Below the pieces are notes generated by a model, which worked only from the letters and a program-made list of their open reading frames with translations, had not been told where the DNA came from and ran no database searches. Positions 57,677-64,000 of a stretch of 64,000 nucleotides of DNA are shown here, piece by piece. The stretch is from the IMG/VR virus record IMGVR_UViG_3300045988_141197. The stretch is one strand, 5' to 3'. Both the position numbers and the translations under genes were made by a program. Positions within the stretch are counted from its first letter, which is position 1. Each line of letters starts with the position of its first letter. This DNA comes from a virus.

Positions 57677-59863
57677 ATGGCAACAATAAATCAAGTTGAA
57701 AAAATAGATTATTCAGCTCAAAAAATAGATTATACTAGTAAAGACTATGTAGCTATATTAGATGATTTAATTAATTCTATACCCGGTATAACTCAAAAAT
57801 GGAATTCAACTGATCAAAATGATCCTGGTATGATTTTAGTTAAATTAATGTCTATAATTGGTGATATGTTATTCTTTAATCAAGATATGCAATCTTTAGA
57901 AGTATATCCTAATTCAGTTACATTAAGAAAAAATGCTGCTAGTATTTATAAACTAATTGGTTATAAAATGAGATGGTATAAATCAGCTACTCTAGAGGCT
58001 AATGTTATAAACACTTTCTCTAACTCTGCTACTTTACCTAGATTTTGTACATTCAAAACTGATACAGGAATAACTTACACAACATTTGATCAATATGAAT
58101 TACCTTCTAATATGACTAATAATGGTACTGAAACTTTAGTAGAATTAGTACAAGGTACACCTGTAACTCCTGTTCGTACATCTTCTAGTCCATATCCAGA
58201 AGCTGGTAGATCTTGGCATAGTATATACGGATATAATTATACTACTGATGATATCATTAATAATAGAATATATTTGAAAGATAATAATATAGATCAATCA
58301 CATATTATTTTAGTTGATGATCAAAATGAAGTTTGGGAATTAAGAGAAAATATTTATTTAACTACTGATGTTGGTAGATTTTTTGAATTTGGTGTAGATG
58401 TTAATGATGATGTTTATATTGAATTAGTTGATTATTACACAAATTTTAATATTAATAAATTTAAAATATTCTATATTAAAAGTGATGGTGAATCTGGTCA
58501 AATATATGCTAATACTTTAAAGGCTATAACTGGAAATGTATGGAGTCGTCAAGGCAGTGATCAAAATATTTATAATGTTAGTAGTTTTATTCATTTTACT
58601 CATTATGATAGTACTCTTGGTTATAATCCTGAAACTCCTGATGAAGCTAGAAAGAATAGTGTTAAATATCAAAATACTATGGATACTTTAATTACCCTTG
58701 CAGATTTTGAAAGAGCTGTTCTAAGAGAACCAGGAGTAGCTAATGTAAGAGCAACTGATTTAACAAATGATCCAGGAGAACCAATTGAATTTTCTGTTGG
58801 AAATATTAATATGGATTATACTCAAAGTATGGAAGATGGTGTAACTTTAAGAAGTGAAATAATTGATCAAGCTGACTATGATTTATTATCAAATTATTTA
58901 ACTGATAAATCTAAATATCCTTTAACTACATATCAACTTAAATTAGCTGATTGTAATCAAGATGGAGAAGTTAATGAAGATGATTTAAAATGCTTAGAGT
59001 ATTATATCAAAGGAGATCCGGCTGATATAGATAAAACTGGCTATATAGGAATTCAAAAAATTAAAGATATAGAAATGTTAAATGGATTTACTGTTAAATT
59101 ATATATTTTAAGAAATGATATAGGAGAACAGATGAATGAAGAAAGTTTTGAAAGTATGATTTTATCTGATCTAGAAGATTATAAAATCTTACCTTTATCT
59201 TTAAAAGTTGATATAAACTCAATAAATAAATACTATTGGACAATAACTGGATCTTTCTTTACTAAACAACCATTATCAAGAGATGAACTACAATCTATAA
59301 TTGTTAGAATAAATAATCAGTTAAGATTTCAATATTCTGTAGAGAAAGTTAATTTTAATACTTTAATTAATTATAAAGAAATCATAGAAACAATTTTATC
59401 AGTTGATTCAAGAATACTGATGGTTGATTTAGATCCAATAGTATATAAAGATTATGAAGGTAATGAAATTTCTAAAGCAGAATTAACAGGAAATTATACC
59501 TATACTGAACCTCAATTAAATAATAAAAATGATGAACAGAATTTACATTATCATTTTATTATTCCAGGTACACCGATTTTACCAGGATCTGTAATGTTAA
59601 AGATTAATAATGGTCAATATACATTGAGAGATAATAATAATGGGCATATTTATAATGTTGATAATATATTAACTAAAAAAGGTGATATAGATTATATTAC
59701 TGGAGAGGTGGATTTACAATTTAACGCTCCTTTAACGGATGATATAGTTATAAACTTTATTCATAATGCTACAAATATAGCTGTATATAAAAACTTAAAT
59801 ACACAAACATTTTATTTTGATCAATCATCTTTAGAAAAAGATGATATGCAAGATATGGTTTAA
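57677..59863 (+). CDS. baseplate J-like protein (gp6-like) with an inserted dockerin-like segment
   Basis: Position immediately after the gp25-like gene; size 728 aa. Internal LADCNQDGEVNEDDLKCLEYYIKG Ca-loop-like repeat. Confidence 0.5.
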   Translation: MATINQVEKIDYSAQKIDYTSKDYVAILDDLINSIPGITQKWNSTDQNDPGMILVKLMSIIGDMLFFNQDMQSLEVYPNSVTLRKNAASIYKLIGYKMRWYKSATLEANVINTFSNSATLPRFCTFKTDTGITYTTFDQYELPSNMTNNGTETLVELVQGTPVTPVRTSSSPYPEAGRSWHSIYGYNYTTDDIINNRIYLKDNNIDQSHIILVDDQNEVWELRENIYLTTDVGRFFEFGVDVNDDVYIELVDYYTNFNINKFKIFYIKSDGESGQIYANTLKAITGNVWSRQGSDQNIYNVSSFIHFTHYDSTLGYNPETPDEARKNSVKYQNTMDTLITLADFERAVLREPGVANVRATDLTNDPGEPIEFSVGNINMDYTQSMEDGVTLRSEIIDQADYDLLSNYLTDKSKYPLTTYQLKLADCNQDGEVNEDDLKCLEYYIKGDPADIDKTGYIGIQKIKDIEMLNGFTVKLYILRNDIGEQMNEESFESMILSDLEDYKILPLSLKVDINSINKYYWTITGSFFTKQPLSRDELQSIIVRINNQLRFQYSVEKVNFNTLINYKEIIETILSVDSRILMVDLDPIVYKDYEGNEISKAELTGNYTYTEPQLNNKNDEQNLHYHFIIPGTPILPGSVMLKINNGQYTLRDNNNGHIYNVDNILTKKGDIDYITGEVDLQFNAPLTDDIVINFIHNATNIAVYKNLNTQTFYFDQSSLEKDDMQDMV

Positions 59864-59916
59864 AGAAGGGAGAAAATAGACCTAACACATAGAATTAAAA
59901 TAAGGAGGAATTTATA

Positions 59917-60147
59917 ATGTCAAATTTTTATAAAAATATGAAATTTCCTAATTTAGAAAAAGGAAAATTATTAACTCTTAATGAAGAGGGTATATTAATA
60001 GCTAGTGATACTAATACAGCTGAAGTAATAGATGAAACAAAATTAGCTACTAAATTAAATCCTTTAAATGATAGAGTTACAGCTCTTGAAACTTCAATGG
60101 GGAATGTTCAATCTCGTTTAGAAAATATAAATGGAGAAACTGTTTAA
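59917..60147 (+). CDS. small fibre-associated protein
   Basis: Same position as ORF 5191-5901, upstream of a fibre pair. Confidence 0.4.
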   Translation: MSNFYKNMKFPNLEKGKLLTLNEEGILIASDTNTAEVIDETKLATKLNPLNDRVTALETSMGNVQSRLENINGETV

Positions 60148-60169
60148 TCAAATAGAAAGGAGTTAAAAG

Positions 60170-60793
60170 ATGGATACAAATACAATTGATAGTCAATTAG
60201 TTTATCTTGAAGAAACTAAATTATTGTTAAAAGATGCAATTATTAATAAAGGTCAAAATATTCAAGATACTGATACATTTAGATCATATGCTAATAAAAT
60301 AGATCAAATTTCAACATTAGCAGAAGAAACAGCTGATGCAACAGCAACAGCAAATAATATAGTGGAAGGTAAAACAGCATATGTAAATGGTCTAAAGGTT
60401 GAAGGTAATATAACTAGAATAATGAATATAGATAGTCCTTGTGATACGGTAACTAACGGAGAAAATGTAATTTATATTAGTAAAGATAATATTACTTCTG
60501 GATATTACCCTGAAACAAATAATATTAGACTAAATGCTTCTTATGAACTGATAGCGGAGGCTATAAATTTATTACCTAGTCAAATAATAGAAGGAAATAC
60601 TATATTAGGAATAGCTGGTACTGGTAAAACAAGTGAAGATTTACAAGCTCAATTAGATGCACAAGATGAGTTAATAGCATCTCAACAAGCTCAAATAGAA
60701 GAATTAAAATCATTATTAGCTGATAAAGCAAGTAACATAACAAATGAGAGCATAGAAATAGTTAATAATATTTTAGGAAATGTGGAGGTGTAG
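60170..60793 (+). CDS. tail fibre protein, paralog of the N-terminal part of 5901-7598
   Basis: Shared blocks (YLEETK..LK.AIINKGQ; GKTAY.NG.K; IIEGNTILGI.GTGKTSEDLQAQLDAQD) but no propeller domain. Confidence 0.6.
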   Translation: MDTNTIDSQLVYLEETKLLLKDAIINKGQNIQDTDTFRSYANKIDQISTLAEETADATATANNIVEGKTAYVNGLKVEGNITRIMNIDSPCDTVTNGENVIYISKDNITSGYYPETNNIRLNASYELIAEAINLLPSQIIEGNTILGIAGTGKTSEDLQAQLDAQDELIASQQAQIEELKSLLADKASNITNESIEIVNNILGNVEV

Positions 60794-60798
60794 TATAA

Positions 60799-61458
60799 AT
60801 GTCAAGTGGAACAAATATAGAAAGATTAAATCAAAACAATGAAATATTAACAAGTAATAATTCAGAGCTTACTAACTTAAAAACTTTAGTTCAATCTTTA
60901 CCTGCAGCTATTGATACAAGTGATGCAACAGCAACTGTAAATGATATAGCTATAGGTAAGACAGCATATGTAAATGGAAGCAAAATAACTGGTACAGTTG
61001 TAGAAGATGTCAATACCAGTATGGCATATGAATTAAGTGCATTTAATGATATTCCTAGCATGGAAATGTTAAGTGTTAGTTCAGTCGGTTTGCCTTTTGA
61101 TAGATTAGTTAGAGCAGGTTGTAATTATAGTATAAATATACCTTATGAAACTGCAGTAAATACTATAGGTTTAACTGCAGATAAAATCATAAAAGGTAAT
61201 ACTATACTTGGAGTAGAGGGAACAGCTAAATTAGGTACCCCTACATATGAATCATTAGAGGCTTTGCAAGCAACTACTGGATCAGATGGAGATATTGCTG
61301 TTGTAATAGATTCAACTAATACATATATAGGGACTTATAAATTCAGTGTGGATAATGCTGCTTGGGTAGAGATTGTTAGTGCCACAGCTTATGATTCAAC
61401 ACTAACAGATAATGAATATAACGAAGCTTTAACTACATCAAACGATATTTTAGGATAA
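60799..61458 (+). CDS. tail fibre tip protein, paralog of the N-terminus of 7598-8593 with a different C-terminal domain
   Basis: N-terminal 60 aa conserved (GTN.ERL.QNN ... DTSDATATV.DI..GKTAY.NG.KI.GT). The C-terminus contains TIGLTADKIIKGNTILGVEGT, a module shared with 5901-7598. Confidence 0.6.
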   Translation: MSSGTNIERLNQNNEILTSNNSELTNLKTLVQSLPAAIDTSDATATVNDIAIGKTAYVNGSKITGTVVEDVNTSMAYELSAFNDIPSMEMLSVSSVGLPFDRLVRAGCNYSINIPYETAVNTIGLTADKIIKGNTILGVEGTAKLGTPTYESLEALQATTGSDGDIAVVIDSTNTYIGTYKFSVDNAAWVEIVSATAYDSTLTDNEYNEALTTSNDILG

Positions 61459-61629
61459 GAGGTAATTATTAATGATTAAAAATGAATTTGATATAGATTC
61501 CCTTTATGATGCAGCTAGAAAAGCTATGAGTAAAGTAGGATCTGTAGAATATATGGGAATTAAATTTAATGAAGCTGATGTAGATAGTTTGTATAACTAT
61601 ATAAAAAGAAGTTAAATTATAAATTAAAA

Positions 61630-61644
61630 GTAAAATATTATTAG
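61630..61644 (+). promoter_or_regulatory. promoter-like motif GTAAAATATTATTAG
   Basis: Copy of the conserved motif. Confidence 0.4.
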
Positions 61645-61692
61645 GAGAAGAGTAATGGTATTTTACTTTTATTTTTTTATGTTTAAATATAA

Positions 61693-61711
61693 GTAAAATA
61701 TTATTGAAAAG
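61693..61711 (+). promoter_or_regulatory. promoter-like motif GTAAAATATTATTGAAAAG
   Basis: Second copy 60 bp downstream of the previous one, preceding the putative lysis genes. Confidence 0.4.
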
Positions 61712-61722
61712 GAGTGGTAATT

Positions 61723-61989
61723 ATGAAGTTTAAACTTTTAGAACATTTAAAAAAGATGGATAAAAATAATAGAAAATTATCAATACTTACATTTGTAATA
61801 ATAATTCTATTAGCTATATTAATAGGTTTGGATATATTCCATATAAAAGATTATAATAGTAAAGTTGCTTCAGGTAATGCTAGATGGGAACAAGTAGAAG
61901 ATAGGATCTTAGAATATGAACATAAAATTGATTTATTAGAAAAAGATGTAGAAAATTTACAATTGAAAATAAACAAAGGAGGACAATAA
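61723..61989 (+). CDS. small single-pass membrane protein (holin-like candidate)
   Basis: Transmembrane segment LSILTFVIIILLAILIGLDIF followed by a charged coiled-coil tail. ATG at 61723 after RBS aaggag. Confidence 0.4.
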   Translation: MKFKLLEHLKKMDKNNRKLSILTFVIIILLAILIGLDIFHIKDYNSKVASGNARWEQVEDRILEYEHKIDLLEKDVENLQLKINKGGQ

Positions 61990-62780
61990 TGGAATTTACA
62001 AACGTTATATCAGCTTATACAGAAATAGGAGTTTTAGGATTATGTGCAGTTTTAATGATAATTTTATTCTACAGAAGTTTTAAAAAACATGAGGATGATT
62101 CAATTAAAAAAGATGAAAGAATTGATCATAAGGATCAATTTACAGAAGCTAATTATACTTCTATGATGCAAATGTTTCAAGATCAACAAAAACAATTTTT
62201 AGATCAGCAAATGAAACAAAATGAAATGATGTTAAATGCCTTTGTTGACAAAGTTACAACACATGTACCTAGTAATGAAGAAAATGAAAAAATAACTCAA
62301 ATATCTAACAAGATTGATTCTCTTTTACAAGATATTTTAAATAAAGCAAATGCAAGTAGAGTAAATGTGGTTCAATTCCATAATGGTGGACGTGGTATAA
62401 ATAAACAATCTTTTTTAAAGATGTCTATGACTAATGAACAAGTTAGACTTGGAGTAAAACCTTTTATGCCTGAGTTTAAAGATCAATTTAGAAGTGTCTT
62501 ATCATATTTTATAAAGGAAATGACTGAAAATGGAATTTGTTGTATTCAAGATGTCAATGATATGATTAATGTAGATACAGGTATGTATGAATTTATGCAA
62601 AATAGAGGTATTGAAGCTAAATTTGGAATGCCTGTTAAAAATGATGAAGGATATCTAATAGGATTTGTGTGCATTGAATTTAATAATAAAGAAGATGCTA
62701 ATTTAGATGTCATAAAACAAATCTTTACAGAAAAACAAGGCGTATTTGAAACACTTCTTAACTTTAAAATTAGTAAGTAG
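61989..62780 (+). CDS. membrane-anchored protein (N-terminal TM)
   Basis: N-terminal hydrophobic helix GVLGLCAVLMIILFY. Start overlaps the upstream gene's stop codon. Confidence 0.4.
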   Translation: MEFTNVISAYTEIGVLGLCAVLMIILFYRSFKKHEDDSIKKDERIDHKDQFTEANYTSMMQMFQDQQKQFLDQQMKQNEMMLNAFVDKVTTHVPSNEENEKITQISNKIDSLLQDILNKANASRVNVVQFHNGGRGINKQSFLKMSMTNEQVRLGVKPFMPEFKDQFRSVLSYFIKEMTENGICCIQDVNDMINVDTGMYEFMQNRGIEAKFGMPVKNDEGYLIGFVCIEFNNKEDANLDVIKQIFTEKQGVFETLLNFKISK

Positions 62781-62790
62781 GTGATGAACT

Positions 62791-63561
62791 ATGTATTATG
62801 GTTGCAAAAAAGAGCAAGATGATAAACGTGATTATAAAATAAAAGTAGCTAAAACAACCCAATTTCCAGAGAGTTTTATTCTTGATATTTCTAATGTAAA
62901 AGATCAAGGTATTGTTAATTCCTGTGTAGCTCATAGTTTATCTACTTTCTTAGAAACTATACATTTAAAAGATAATAAAATATTTTCTGCTGGATTTATA
63001 TATGGTTATAGACCTTTAGGTTATTCACAAGAAGAAGGAATGTATCCTAGAGAAGCTATAAAAACTTTACAAAAATTAGGAGATGTAGAAAATCAATATT
63101 TTGACCATAATAAGGAAATTCCTGAAATAAAAAAATTAGTAGATCAAAATATTAGTCAATTAAAATCACTAGCATTACCTTATAAAATAAATTCATATGC
63201 TAGAATATATACTATAACTGATATAAAAAACTGTCTTTTAAATAACTGTTTAGTACCAATATCTATACCTGTTAAAAATAATTTAAAATTAGATGAAAAT
63301 TTTGTAGTTTTAAATGAAGGTGATATTGAAGGCTATCATATGATTATTTTATATGGATGGAATGAAAAAGGATTTTTATTTCAGAATAGCTGGGGAAAAT
63401 ATTGGGGTAATGAAGGAAGAGCGATTTTACCATATGATTATCCAATAGATAGTGCTTGGGCTATTTCTACTGATAATAATTCTATTAATACTTATCAAAG
63501 TATTTTACAAAAATTATATAACTTAATTTTAAAAATTATAAATATATTTAAGGAGAAATAA
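62791..63561 (+). CDS. papain-like (C1 family) cysteine peptidase
   Basis: QGIVNSCVAHSL (catalytic Cys context), H in GYHMIILYGW, and NSWGKYWGNEG (conserved NSWG..WG motif). Confidence 0.6.
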   Translation: MYYGCKKEQDDKRDYKIKVAKTTQFPESFILDISNVKDQGIVNSCVAHSLSTFLETIHLKDNKIFSAGFIYGYRPLGYSQEEGMYPREAIKTLQKLGDVENQYFDHNKEIPEIKKLVDQNISQLKSLALPYKINSYARIYTITDIKNCLLNNCLVPISIPVKNNLKLDENFVVLNEGDIEGYHMIILYGWNEKGFLFQNSWGKYWGNEGRAILPYDYPIDSAWAISTDNNSINTYQSILQKLYNLILKIINIFKEK

Positions 63562-63564
63562 TGA

Positions 63565-64000
63565 ATGTCAAAAGCAATTATTGAAAGTAAAAATTATATA
63601 CCTTCTATAATGAGACAAAGTAGAGATATGCAAATATTTTGTAAATTATTTGATTTATTAATAAATCATTTTAAGACAAATACTGATTATTGGGTATCAT
63701 TAATAGATTTTGATGAATGTCCTGATAATTTATTACCTCTACTTGCATCTTATGTGGGATATAAATATGATTATACAGAATCTTATTCTACTAATAGATT
63801 AATAATAAAACATTATCCTGAAATGATTCGTAATAGAGGATCTAGAGTTGGTATGTCTTTAGCAACAGCTTTATCAGTTAATGCTTTGGGTACAATAGAT
63901 AAAGTGGAAGCTTTAAATATGTTTCATATAGAACCTATACAAAGTGATTCTATGATAAAAATATATATATATTTTCCTAGTAATTTATCTAAAATAAGAG
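63565..64000 (+). CDS. hypothetical protein, 3'-truncated at window edge
   Basis: ATG after RBS aaggag; the frame stays open to the end of the window. Confidence 0.4.
   Translation, partial: MSKAIIESKNYIPSIMRQSRDMQIFCKLFDLLINHFKTNTDYWVSLIDFDECPDNLLPLLASYVGYKYDYTESYSTNRLIIKHYPEMIRNRGSRVGMSLATALSVNALGTIDKVEALNMFHIEPIQSDSMIKIYIYFPSNLSKIR

Overview
This window is a ~64 kb stretch of a large, AT-rich (roughly 28-30 % GC) tailed-phage genome of the contractile-tail (myovirus) type. About 95 % of the coding sequence is on the + strand. Repeat families (BspA-like 26-residue repeats, dockerin modules), the tRNA sequences and the low GC suggest a low-GC Firmicute or Fusobacterium-type host; this is inference. 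From 5' to 3' the window contains, in order: (i) a tail-fibre cassette (2003-8593) with a long coiled-coil fibre, a Kelch-like beta-propeller fibre carrying a perfect 267-bp tandem duplication, and a BspA-type leucine-rich-repeat tip protein; (ii) an accessory block (9.4-16.8 kb) with a nucleotidyltransferase-fold protein and very acidic proteins; (iii) a head module with a prohead protease/scaffold-like protein, a free-standing GIY-YIG homing endonuclease and the major capsid protein followed by a strong terminator; (iv) an accessory block with a lambda-type Ser/Thr phosphatase, a HAD hydrolase and a DnaJ-type zinc finger; (v) a tRNA island (27.8-35.2 kb) with Pro, Ser, Tyr, Trp, Met, Gln, a type-II tRNA with anticodon ACT, Leu, one split tRNA and one tRNA-like pseudogene, plus a phage-encoded FloT-type flotillin, a GC-rich structured-RNA candidate and a receiver-like protein; (vi) the tail module: sheath, tube, a terminase-like ATPase/nuclease interrupted by two inteins (LAGLIDADG and HNH types), tape-measure protein, a baseplate protein with three dockerin-like modules, a LysM protein, an M23-peptidase spike, a gp25-like protein and a baseplate-J-like protein; (vii) a second, paralogous tail-fibre pair (60170-61458) with shuffled modules; (viii) a putative lysis cassette with small membrane proteins and a papain-like C1 peptidase. 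A conserved motif GTAAAATATTAWTAG recurs about 14 times upstream of genes and is a candidate phage promoter, and most operons end in clear rho-independent terminators. No integrase, CRISPR array or rRNA was seen. The most novel candidates are the dockerin-bearing baseplate protein, the modular fibre system, the flotillin with its tRNA/ncRNA island, and the doubly intein-interrupted terminase.
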